From Candidatus Iainarchaeum sp. (lineage in GTDB: Archaea; Iainarchaeota; Iainarchaeia; Iainarchaeales; 0-14-0-20-30-16): a stretch of 32,000 nt of DNA. The position numbers were made by a program, and so were the translations under genes. Every line of letters begins with the position of its first letter. Within the stretch, counting starts at the first letter, position 1. The stretch covers positions 1 to 32,000 of the forward strand of contig JAQTTP010000005.1 in assembly GCA_028710695.1 (NCBI GenBank), written 5' to 3'. This document shows positions 8,501 through 16,279 of this stretch, piece by piece. Below the pieces are notes generated by a model, which was given only the letters and a program-made list of their open reading frames with translations, had not been told where the DNA came from and searched no databases.

Positions 8501-11458
8501 AATTATATCTTTAACTCTTTTCAGATCTGCTTCTGGAATTCCATAAGGATTACTAGGATCTAAAGGTCTCTTCTCTTCTTTTGGAGCCTCTGCCTTAACT
8601 TCTTCTTTTTTAGGGCCCTTTCCTTTCTCTTCCTTCTTGATTCCAGCGATCTCTCTTGCTCTTTTTAATTTTTTCTCCATTGCAGTATGAAATCCATTAC
8701 TTTCTTCCATAGCGGCTACTCTTTCTGGAGTATTCCAAGGATCTCGTTTATCTATTAAAGGATAATAGTCTGGCATTCTTTTATCTAATTGTTCTGCATA
8801 TTCTGCTGCTTGTTCTTTACTTAAAACTTCAATATTCAAACCATATAAGTCTTCATCAGCTAAATTCTTCATCTTTCCTGGTTTAAGACCTTCTTGTAAA
8901 CGTTCATAATATTCCATAAGCTTTGGCAAGGAATCTGTAGACATATAAGATTTTCCTTCTGAAACCGGAATACCAAGTTCCCTCAAAAATGCATTGTCTG
9001 TAACTCCCTCTCTTACAAATACTGTTGGCCTTAACTTTGCAATTTCTGTAAGAAGTGCAAGATTAAGTGTCCCAATAATATTATAGTGGGCATCCACCAC
9101 ATCGCCTTTAAAGCCAGATTTTTCAAGCTCTTCTAAAACCAATTCTTTCTTTAATACTGAACCTTTTATTGGAAGAGTTAGCCCGTGTTTATCAAAGAAA
9201 TCAAGAGCCTTGTAATTTAAGTCTACTATTGAGGTTATGTCTGCTCTTCTTTGCTGTTCTTTTGCGTCTAGTTCTTTTTTCTCAAATTCTTTCTTTTCTA
9301 AATCTTCTTTTTTAGTTCTATCTTTTTCTTCTAGATCTTTTGTTGCTTCAACTAGATCTTTTAATTCATGCAAACGTTGTCCTAAAAATCTAGATTTTTT
9401 TGTATTCTCAAAATGAGCTCTCAGTGGATGATCTTTATCTGCACCAGCCAAATTTTCTTCTATCTGATCAGAATACTTTCTTTCCAGTTCTCCTACATCT
9501 GCTTTTAAATTATTATAAAGGTTAACAACATCTCTTTCACTAAATCTGAACCCCGGAACTGTTCTTCTCAATTTTTTCTTTATTCCTTCTAGTTCTTTTT
9601 TGTCCTTACCGTCATAAATTCCCAGCTCAAGTAAAGCATCTACAAACTCTTCAATTCTTTCAACACGCTTTTCTTTAAGGGGTTTTTTGCCTTTTTCAGC
9701 AAGCAACAGTACTCTTTCAAGCTCTTGGACTCGCTCAAAAGGGGTCATTTTTTTATTTACTTGCTTCATTATGTTTGAATACATATACTCTGCCTTATTT
9801 GGATTTTGGCCAGTATAATGTTGCTGTGCAAGATAATCTTTCAATTTAGAATCTAAGCCCTCAGACACTTGATCAATTGCTTTATTAACTTCAGATTCTA
9901 GAGCCTCTAATTCTCCTGGGCCTGCTTCATTAAACTTTTTCTCTAAAGCTTTTGTTTTCATATGTCGTGATAAGAATCCTATTTTTCGTTCTATTCTTTT
10001 GCTTCTATTTTCTTGCACTTCCACAGGCGGTGCTGGCCCAGTCTTTTTTTCTTCTGGTTGTTTTTTCTCTTCTGGCCCATCTACGCCTGGCTCTTCCTTA
10101 AGGTCTGGCATCCTTACAACACCATCCTTATCCGGTTTTAAGAACCAATCCTCATCAAAATCCTGATCTCTGTCTCTTTCTTGCCTTTTTATATCTCCAA
10201 ATTCTTTTGGACCTTCTCTCTCTTTTTTTATTCTCGCCTTCAATTTAATTATTAAAGAATTAACCTCTGCCAACCTATTTGTTAAACTCAAGTTTTTGTG
10301 CTCTTGAGCAATTTTTTTCAATCTTTTCTTGCCTTCTTCCGGACCTTCAAAATCTAATACTAACTCCTCAAGTTCTTGATACATTCTCTTCTCGATTGTT
10401 TTTATTCTACTATAAATGTCTCTGGCTCTTTTTTGCATTACTTCAACATCACGTATTTCTCTTGTTTCTTCTCTTTCTCTTTGTAGCTTTGCTTTTGCTT
10501 CTTCTGTTTGTGGTCCAAAGATTTCAAGGAGTCCAATACCTTCAAAAACATCCTTTGCTGCGTTGTGTAATTCACCAGGCCCTTGTTTTAAACGCGGTAC
10601 CTTTACAATTTCACCATTAATAATTTCATTTTCATATTCATATTCTTCTTGTCTTGGCTGTTCCCTCACCCTTCTTCTTTCTGGCTCTTCTCTTTTTGCT
10701 TCTGGGCCTTTTTTACCCTTGCCATATAACTGTTCATATTCTTCTGGTCTTATTCTCCTAAGTACTTCAGGAGGAATAGTTTGTATAGGGGACCTTTCTT
10801 TTCTTTGTCTTGCTGGGCCTTTATATCTTAGGTTTCCTTCAGCATCAAGTTCTAATTCTTGTGGGCCCTCTCTTGCAGGGGCTTTTCTTCTTACTCTCCC
10901 CTCTTCGTCAATATCTACTTCTACCTCTCCAGGTTGTGGCTCCAATAATTCATCTATTTCCCTTTTCCGCCTGCTGCCTGGTTCTTCCATTCTTTCACGA
11001 GCGCGTGCAGGAGCAGGGGGCTCTCTTGGACCAACTGGTGGCTTTCTTTCTGGCTCTACTCTTTCAGGTTCTCTTCTCTCTGGCCTTGGCTCTGGAAGGT
11101 AATGCTTACTATTAACATCATTTATTCTTTCTAGGATTTCTCTTGCCAATACTTTGTCGTGAGCTAAAACACTTTTGAAAGTATCCAATGCAATTTTTCT
11201 TTGTTCTTGGTTGCCTGTTCTAAAATGTAAAATTAGGTTTACTAGTGGGTCTCTTTCTTTAAGTTCAACAAGTTTTTTTACGTAAAATGCAAAGAACTTT
11301 GGTCTTTTTTCAGCATAAAATCTAACTAGGTTTCCAATATTGTGTTCTAAACCGTGCCTTTCAAGCAGGGTTTTGTGGGCAGTTCCACTCTTTTCGTGTA
11401 AATCTCTAAAAACAGATCCAAAATGATGATTTTCAAGTCGTCTCGGCTCAGCAGGCAT
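5540..11458 (-). CDS. Giant low-complexity/coiled-coil protein with duplicated helical modules and TPR-like region, function unknown
   Basis: Track ORF 5540..11497 (1985 aa). Preferred start is ATG at 11458 (MPAEPRRLENHH...), preceded by GGAGTGAC. Long K/E/R/P-rich segments, TPR-like helices and two copies of an A+B module pair. Soluble, no signal peptide. Confidence 0.9.
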   Translation of the reverse strand: MPAEPRRLENHHFGSVFRDLHEKSGTAHKTLLERHGLEHNIGNLVRFYAEKRPKFFAFYVKKLVELKERDPLVNLILHFRTGNQEQRKIALDTFKSVLAHDKVLAREILERINDVNSKHYLPEPRPERREPERVEPERKPPVGPREPPAPARARERMEEPGSRRKREIDELLEPQPGEVEVDIDEEGRVRRKAPAREGPQELELDAEGNLRYKGPARQRKERSPIQTIPPEVLRRIRPEEYEQLYGKGKKGPEAKREEPERRRVREQPRQEEYEYENEIINGEIVKVPRLKQGPGELHNAAKDVFEGIGLLEIFGPQTEEAKAKLQREREETREIRDVEVMQKRARDIYSRIKTIEKRMYQELEELVLDFEGPEEGKKRLKKIAQEHKNLSLTNRLAEVNSLIIKLKARIKKEREGPKEFGDIKRQERDRDQDFDEDWFLKPDKDGVVRMPDLKEEPGVDGPEEKKQPEEKKTGPAPPVEVQENRSKRIERKIGFLSRHMKTKALEKKFNEAGPGELEALESEVNKAIDQVSEGLDSKLKDYLAQQHYTGQNPNKAEYMYSNIMKQVNKKMTPFERVQELERVLLLAEKGKKPLKEKRVERIEEFVDALLELGIYDGKDKKELEGIKKKLRRTVPGFRFSERDVVNLYNNLKADVGELERKYSDQIEENLAGADKDHPLRAHFENTKKSRFLGQRLHELKDLVEATKDLEEKDRTKKEDLEKKEFEKKELDAKEQQRRADITSIVDLNYKALDFFDKHGLTLPIKGSVLKKELVLEELEKSGFKGDVVDAHYNIIGTLNLALLTEIAKLRPTVFVREGVTDNAFLRELGIPVSEGKSYMSTDSLPKLMEYYERLQEGLKPGKMKNLADEDLYGLNIEVLSKEQAAEYAEQLDKRMPDYYPLIDKRDPWNTPERVAAMEESNGFHTAMEKKLKRAREIAGIKKEEKGKGPKKEEVKAEAPKEEKRPLDPSNPYGIPEADLKRVKDIIKALNSLGSRESFNEKQNLKGQIGELVAASADEWVKGVKSSKYLTPEQKEQVLKNGINENLYFVTEDLEHIKESPAHLSRDHIFEGAYNALEGIIRNVPELLEPYKARMRQLFAELEKVRAEKKITWSDDKIRVIREFLGHKELEAGKKGPEPPKDDKKQIRPKLPEKEIKEPPKGKLTPKSAEPLAQVGELEQAGLSTKVVGHLRHNFESILALPVGAERTRRMSMLKRRILEEFEDLTPEGAEEKPGKTVLIDTLGKPEGVKKEGNKKLPEKKQEEPKRLEPPKEDRKLAEPKPVAQLPEGAKPLLLPAPQPGPEPRQELKVTDYEEDGLPSLPGEHTQSLPEMSDKELDRRLAEAEVEEKEKEKENIKRGLLKSEGVQLLNLGKYADAEVNFRKVLDLNPKDISTWINYATALRSQRKDKEAIAAYRKVLELDPENSIAKDGLDRLVERTKKGEEKKSEDPRYKTWSAQAGQYTAKKTVELVDLAKRALAFLEEQGIDDRSFEIIREQNKDDLAKIDSLHAGKALDLAQLMCRQVYQVILKKMFGKYEVNAETLKPVGITPDMSRVTALPILLDYYEKHPEHTAPEGEKEEPPKPVVDVKKTEEKKLKEAPKPQAADPDNLYGIPDADFKRAKAVIAELVDDKTVNHYKEIVYREGKIGLPGIASSEDWVRGVQESKYLNPEQKKKVLNDGIVNVLILLPERLNGIAKKERGLGLSREYHSLASVITNISFAFAKNFPELLESHREKIFDFFKTMEQLYQDGKMEKYPQEFFKQDRARIMEFLKIRDNAPPNPLAPVGGEKKAGSGTVHELPKPPEKPVDRFKEMGVEELKSIDPAKLSYDDVLAYRQRVLDLRYSDPYGLKDDPILKEKGFAANDSVIKQFSIAHIKQKYGATEHYKLLAKYIEAIRPFDDLYYNENWKYGPLSVTNAIENLLTYSNFLDINRFRKAHERFIKIFGTTIKDPEQFLVEFSKRFSELDYGDVNN
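7190..7425 (-). other. TPR-like repeat region inside the giant protein
   Basis: LLKSEGVQLLNLGKYADAEVNFRKVLDLNPKDISTWINYATALRSQRKDKEAIAAYRKVLELDPENSIAKDGLDRL matches the TPR pattern (G...Y..A...F...L.L.P). Coordinates approximate. Confidence 0.75.
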
Positions 11459-11512
11459 AGAAGTCACTCCATTGTAGGCATATAAACATAGATGCACAAA
11501 TATAAAAATATA

Positions 11513-11545
11513 TTTATCTTATTTTATATATCTTTATAAGATAAA
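11513..11545. promoter_or_regulatory. 10-bp perfect inverted repeat flanking a TATA-like core in a divergent promoter region
   Basis: TTTATCTTAT (11513-11522) / 13-nt spacer TTTATATATCTTT / ATAAGATAAA (11536-11545), between the giant gene (-) and the zinc-ribbon gene (+). Confidence 0.4.
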
Positions 11546-11582
11546 GAAAGGAATTTTGAAGAGGTTACTGAAGGGATCAAAA

Positions 11583-11861
11583 ATGATGTGGGAATATTGT
11601 GCAAATTGTGGAAGTATAAGTTTAAAGAAAGTTGACGGTTTAATGAAACAATGTAACAAATGCGGATGGAGAGGAGTTCCAGATAAAGCAGATATGGAAC
11701 ATATAAATAAAAAAGCAAGAGCAAATATTGGGAATCCAAGAATGGTTGCTGCTGCAGAAAGAAGAGCAAGTGAACCTGTAGATCCACATGCTCCAAAAGA
11801 GAGCACAAAGGATTTAAAAGAAAGACTAAAGAAACAAAGCGATGATTTCGATATCTTTTAA
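11583..11861 (+). CDS. Zinc-ribbon protein of unknown function
   Basis: MMWEYCANCGSISLKKVDGLMKQCNKCGWRGVPDKADMEHINKKARANIG...: CxxC-x16-CxxC ribbon and charged tail. Start assigned at ATG 11583/11586; the track ORF starts at 11556. Confidence 0.7.
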   Translation: MMWEYCANCGSISLKKVDGLMKQCNKCGWRGVPDKADMEHINKKARANIGNPRMVAAAERRASEPVDPHAPKESTKDLKERLKKQSDDFDIF

Positions 11862-11862
11862 A

Positions 11863-11887
11863 AGTAGGAGAATCCTACTCTTTTTTT
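11863..11887 (+). terminator. Intrinsic-type terminator
   Basis: AGTAGGA-GAA-TCCTACT stem-loop followed by C then TTTTTTT, immediately after the stop codon at 11859-11861. Confidence 0.65.
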
Positions 11888-11938
11888 ATTTTTTCAAAAA
11901 TAAGAAAGTAATATATTTACAATAAAATAATTATACTT

Positions 11939-12727
11939 ATGGAATTAACTAGTTATTATAGAAAAACAAAGCCTACAGAAAAGGAATTAAATAAATTCAA
12001 AATAACTTATGATAAAAAATCACAAAATAGGCCCGCGTGGATAAAAATTGATGGCTTAGAAGGAAAAGTAAAATTTATAGAGATTCATTTAGGAAAAAAA
12101 GGCAGGAATGGTAGAAGAAAACAATTTTATAGAACTTATCTCCCACTTGGATTGTTTTTACCAATAGATTATACTTCTGAAGAAATGTCCAAATATTACG
12201 ATAAATTTGCAGAAACTTATGATAAAGAAATTAAAGAAACTGGATATAATACAGGGGCAGCAAAGTTTTTAATAGGCAAAATAAAAAAATATGTAAACAA
12301 AAATCCGGCCATTTTAGACTTAGGGGCGGGAACAGGCATTGTAAATGAAGTATATGCTCTTGCTAGCTTCAAAAATATGACTCTTGTAGATTTTTCAAAA
12401 GGAATGCTAGATGACGCAAAGAAAAAACCTGCCTTAAGGGGCTGTAAGTTTATTAGAGCAGATATTAGAAAACTAAACCTTAAAGGCAAATATGATTTAA
12501 TTACTAGCCATTTTTCGTTAGGAAATTATCGTTATATCAATGAGGAAGATGTAGATAAGATCTTAAAAAAATTCAAAAAAAATTTAACACAAAAAGGCAT
12601 TATTGCAATAATTGGGCACTTTAACTTAGAGCTATTTAGAAAACATTTTAAAGAATTGAAGTCAGGAATCTACACTTTAAATAAATCAAAGAAACTTTTT
12701 GCAGATTATTTTATTGGAAGAAAATAA
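11939..12727 (+). CDS. SAM-dependent methyltransferase with an extra N-terminal domain
   Basis: Motif I ILDLGAGTGIVNE, TLVDFSKGML, and CKFIRADIRKL. About 75 N-terminal residues precede the methyltransferase fold. TATA-like ATATATTTA about 25 nt before ATG suggests leaderless transcription. Confidence 0.75.
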   Translation: MELTSYYRKTKPTEKELNKFKITYDKKSQNRPAWIKIDGLEGKVKFIEIHLGKKGRNGRRKQFYRTYLPLGLFLPIDYTSEEMSKYYDKFAETYDKEIKETGYNTGAAKFLIGKIKKYVNKNPAILDLGAGTGIVNEVYALASFKNMTLVDFSKGMLDDAKKKPALRGCKFIRADIRKLNLKGKYDLITSHFSLGNYRYINEEDVDKILKKFKKNLTQKGIIAIIGHFNLELFRKHFKELKSGIYTLNKSKKLFADYFIGRK

Positions 12728-12728
12728 A

Positions 12729-13892
12729 CTAATTTCCTGGTTTATTCGGCCCATCAATAAACAACTTAGTCCTATGAGTTAATACTTTAGTTGCTAAACT
12801 TGGTGCCCTGTTTTTCCTTTTTACTTGACTTAATTTCAAAAAACGATCTATTGCCATTTTTATTGTAGGAAGATCTTTTTTTAATACAGAAAACACAATC
12901 TCATCTGCCTGATCTCTATCTACAACAATATTATAATCCATAAATTCTATCCACAATTGAGTATATTTTCTTACTAAACTTTCTACATCTAAATACACAT
13001 TACGCAACAATAATGATGCAAATGTAGAATGAATATGGCTACTACAATCTGGAAGTGCTTCTGCAAGTTCTGAGATATATTTTTTCCTTTCAACATAATA
13101 ATCTGATAAAGATTTATATCGTTTAGTTAAAACCAAATAAACTGGAGTATCTGTCTTTTCACCAGGATATTTTTCTTTAGCTTCTTTTTTAAGAGCCTCA
13201 TAAGTTCTAAAAAAATCAGCAACCGTTTCATAAGATGATTTCATTACTAGACTAATTGCTGTTCTATGCAAATTTTTATACTGAGGATATTTTTCTGTAC
13301 ACTCGGCAGCAAGTAATTCTTTTTTCCGAACCAAATCAGAAGTACTTGAATTGCCCACCTTAAGTACTTGACCTTTAGTTAACCCACTCGCTACTCCTTT
13401 TGCAACTTTATCTGCAAGATCAAACACAGGGATTTGTGAATTTGTGCCCATATTATGAGAAACAAAGCCTACTTCCTGCATTAAATCAAATTCGGCTTTG
13501 ACATTATTGTAAAACGCAGAAAAATAGGAGGGCCCATATTCTTCTAAATATATTTCACGAATAGTTAATTGTCTGGCCATTTGTTTAAAGAAATAGTCAA
13601 ATCTGGGGTCTTTACCAAGTCTTTTTTTTATTTCCGAAGGTGCGTGAGCATAAATTAAGTCAATACTTGCTTTTTGTCTTCGTGTAAGATCACCTTTACG
13701 CCCGTGACCCCTGGACAATAAAATATCAGAAATAAATTTAGATGCTCGTGCTTGCTCTAAAATTTTTGCGCCTAATAATCTTCTATATTCTAGATTTTCA
13801 GGAACTGTTAAACCATATATAGAAGTGTATCTCCTTATTACTTCTTCAGGATGTTTTAATTCTGGTGGTTTTGGTTTAGATCTAATTTGCAT
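12729..13892 (-). CDS. Conserved-looking hypothetical protein, alpha-helical, unknown function
   Basis: 387-aa ORF, non-biased composition, no recognised motif; downstream of the M50 protease gene with a 30-nt gap. Confidence 0.7.
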   Translation of the reverse strand: MQIRSKPKPPELKHPEEVIRRYTSIYGLTVPENLEYRRLLGAKILEQARASKFISDILLSRGHGRKGDLTRRQKASIDLIYAHAPSEIKKRLGKDPRFDYFFKQMARQLTIREIYLEEYGPSYFSAFYNNVKAEFDLMQEVGFVSHNMGTNSQIPVFDLADKVAKGVASGLTKGQVLKVGNSSTSDLVRKKELLAAECTEKYPQYKNLHRTAISLVMKSSYETVADFFRTYEALKKEAKEKYPGEKTDTPVYLVLTKRYKSLSDYYVERKKYISELAEALPDCSSHIHSTFASLLLRNVYLDVESLVRKYTQLWIEFMDYNIVVDRDQADEIVFSVLKKDLPTIKMAIDRFLKLSQVKRKNRAPSLATKVLTHRTKLFIDGPNKPGN

Positions 13893-13922
13893 AAAAAATA
13901 TATCTTATACTCAAATATAAAT

Positions 13923-15269
13923 TTATCCAAAAATCGGAATTAAGTTAAGCACTAAAAGCAATACTACTAAAGCAATGAAAAACATCATAACTGTTTTCTC
14001 TCTTTTTTCGCCCTTCACAAAAAAGAACAAAGGAGAATACATGCTCATTGCCATTGCTCCACCATCAAATGGAACAACAGGTAAGAAGTTGAAGATTCCA
14101 ATAAGAAGATTTAACAAAAAGATCCAATAAAGCAAGGAGCTTACAAAACCGATTACCTTGTATTTGAAAGGAACACCCTCTTTATACCTCTGCTCTAAGC
14201 TTATTCCCAACACATTTTTTTCATTAAAATAAAGATTCTGATCAAAAACATTCTGATCCTTTTCAAGTTCTGCAGAAATGTATTGCTTTTCATCTTTAAG
14301 TGCAGAAATAATTTGTGTTCTAAAATCTGTCAAGCTTGAGATTGTATTTCCGTCTACAGAACTGATTTTTGTGTTTTCATCAACAAGCCCAAAGTTTTTT
14401 GAGAGCCCACCTTCACCACAAATTCCGCCATATTCATCTGCACCAACAATATAGACTTCACCATAGTTTGCAACAACAGTCTTTGTGTAATTAGAAGTCA
14501 CAGCACCAAACAAAAGCAGAAGCCCAAATACAATTACTGCAAATATTATATTTATTGCAGGCCCGGAAGCATAGATTCTTAGCTTGTCTTTAAGAGATAT
14601 TGATTTTAATTTTTTTTCATCTGGCTCTACAAAAGCACCTATTGGTAAAAATCCAAGAAGTAAAGGGCCAAAAGATTTTATCTTAACCTTTGCTTTCCTC
14701 ATCAGCACAGCGTGACTAAATTCATGTATTACCATTCCGATTATTAGCGCAATCCAGCCTTCAAAGAAAGGGATAGTTATTGGCACCTTAGGAATCTTTA
14801 CACCAGGTATTACTGGAGCAATCCCTACACATTTTGCCTGCCCAGCAACAAACAAATCGATTAGCATTATTGTCTGCACAATAAGCAGATATATTACAAT
14901 TCCGGAAAATCCAAAAAGTCCAAAGATTCCAGATATAAGTAAAGAATCTAAAAGAGATTTTCCTGCAAGGAAGTAAATTACTAAAAAGAATGCTGCAAAA
15001 AATAATAAAACATACAAAATTGTAATTAATTTGTTCTTGCCCTTTCTCAAATAAAAAAGTCCTAATGCTCCAAAGCCTAAAGAGATTCCAAAATCCCCTA
15101 ATTTATCCCAAACCGTGCCAAACTTCAGCTTATCAAATTTCTCAGCAAGTTTTGTACTTTTTACAATAGAAAAAATCAAGTATGTCTTTGCATTAGCATA
15201 CTTCTTCAAAAGATAGGTAACTATTATTGCAACTACTAAAAAAATAAGAATGTAAAAAAGAATACTCAT
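13923..15269 (-). CDS. M50-family (site-2-type) intramembrane metalloprotease
   Basis: Polytopic; HEFSHAVLMRKAKVKIKSFG active-site motif and second motif LPVVPFDGGAMAMS; PDZ-like insert between them. Confidence 0.88.
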   Translation of the reverse strand: MSILFYILIFLVVAIIVTYLLKKYANAKTYLIFSIVKSTKLAEKFDKLKFGTVWDKLGDFGISLGFGALGLFYLRKGKNKLITILYVLLFFAAFFLVIYFLAGKSLLDSLLISGIFGLFGFSGIVIYLLIVQTIMLIDLFVAGQAKCVGIAPVIPGVKIPKVPITIPFFEGWIALIIGMVIHEFSHAVLMRKAKVKIKSFGPLLLGFLPIGAFVEPDEKKLKSISLKDKLRIYASGPAINIIFAVIVFGLLLLFGAVTSNYTKTVVANYGEVYIVGADEYGGICGEGGLSKNFGLVDENTKISSVDGNTISSLTDFRTQIISALKDEKQYISAELEKDQNVFDQNLYFNEKNVLGISLEQRYKEGVPFKYKVIGFVSSLLYWIFLLNLLIGIFNFLPVVPFDGGAMAMSMYSPLFFFVKGEKREKTVMMFFIALVVLLLVLNLIPIFG

Positions 15270-15275
15270 TCTTTT

Positions 15276-15758
15276 TCACTCTTTCTTTTCTTCTTGTGTT
15301 GTTGGCTTAGGTATTTCCTTTGCCTCTTCTTCTTTCTTTGGTGTTTCAAATAGAACTATGTTTAGCTTCTTTTCAAGCTTCTTTGCAGTCATATTGTCTG
15401 GCTTGAACTTTCCACCTTCTATTTTTTGCAAATATGATGCAGATATGAACAGCTCTCTTGCAAGTTCTTCAGTTTTCAAATTTGCTTTCTGCCTTGCCTG
15501 GCCTATTCTTACACCATAATTTTCAACTAAATCTTTAACTAAATTAGGATCAAATCTTGGTCTATCATCTCTTGGAGGTCCTGAATATGGTCTGTTGTTA
15601 AAATTTGGCCTATTTCCATAACCAGTATTTGGCTTAAAGCCTGGTTTTGTAAAATTTGGTCTTGCATATCCTCCACAGTCACTACATAAGTAAAGTCTAG
15701 CACCTTCCTTCTCAACAGGCCTAGTATATCTGTCCAATCCACATATTTCACATTCCAT
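15276..15758 (-). CDS. MBF1-like transcription factor (zinc ribbon + HTH)
   Basis: MECEICG...LCSDCGGYA ribbon followed by IGQARQKANLKTEELARELFISASYLQKIEGGKFKPDNMTAKKLEKKLNIVLFE, the archaeal MBF1 architecture. Confidence 0.85.
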   Translation of the reverse strand: MECEICGLDRYTRPVEKEGARLYLCSDCGGYARPNFTKPGFKPNTGYGNRPNFNNRPYSGPPRDDRPRFDPNLVKDLVENYGVRIGQARQKANLKTEELARELFISASYLQKIEGGKFKPDNMTAKKLEKKLNIVLFETPKKEEEAKEIPKPTTQEEKKE

Positions 15759-15957
15759 TTACATCCCCTACTGTATAACTAATAACAAAAATCTTTATAA
15801 TTGGATATTTCTTTCTTAATTGCTTAGGCAGGCCCTTAACCTGCTCTATTTATAAATATATAATATATACTACTAGTATAATATACAATAGTTAGAGTGC
15901 TATTCTAGTTCTAGATTGTGCAGGAGTTATTGTGTAGTTTAATTAGGAGGGAAATAA

Positions 15958-16140
15958 ATGGCATACAATAGAGACAACAACGATTATCAGCCTAGACAGA
16001 TGTATCCAGCTACTTGCTCTGAATGTGGAAAGAAATGTGAAGTTCCATTCAAGCCAATAGAAGGAAAACCAATATTCTGTAGAGATTGTTACGCAAAGAA
16101 GAAAGGCTATAAGAATAATTATAACAGAAATGAAGAATAG
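15958..16140 (+). CDS. Small CxxC-x17-CxxC zinc-binding protein
   Basis: CSECGKKCEVPFKPIEGKPIFCRDC has exactly 17 residues between the two CxxC knuckles. Strong SD AGGAGG seven nt before ATG. Confidence 0.85.
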   Translation: MAYNRDNNDYQPRQMYPATCSECGKKCEVPFKPIEGKPIFCRDCYAKKKGYKNNYNRNEE

Positions 16141-16164
16141 TTATACTTATCAGTTTTAACAATC

Positions 16165-16187
16165 CAAGAAAGCATTTCGCTTTCTTG
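16165..16187 (+). terminator. Intrinsic-type terminator
   Basis: CAAGAAAGC-ATTTC-GCTTTCTTG, perfect 9-bp stem and 5-nt loop, followed by TTTTCTTATTTTTCT; 24 nt after the stop at 16140. Confidence 0.6.
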
Positions 16188-16279
16188 TTTTCTTATTTTT
16201 CTAATTCTTTTTAAAATAATAATAAAAATTGATATTACTAAAAAAATAATACAAACCAAGATGCACAGAGGTATTTATA

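Noticed and set aside
5540-11497. Possibility that the giant ORF is a fusion or assembly artefact
   Set aside because: No internal stop, frame change or composition break was seen, and the duplicated modules are spread along one frame. Not excluded without read coverage.
15759-15957. Possible tRNA or other structured RNA gene in the largest intergenic gap
   Set aside because: No T-loop (GGTTCRA), acceptor pairing or GC-rich fold expected for a tRNA was found; the region is better explained as divergent promoters plus leader.
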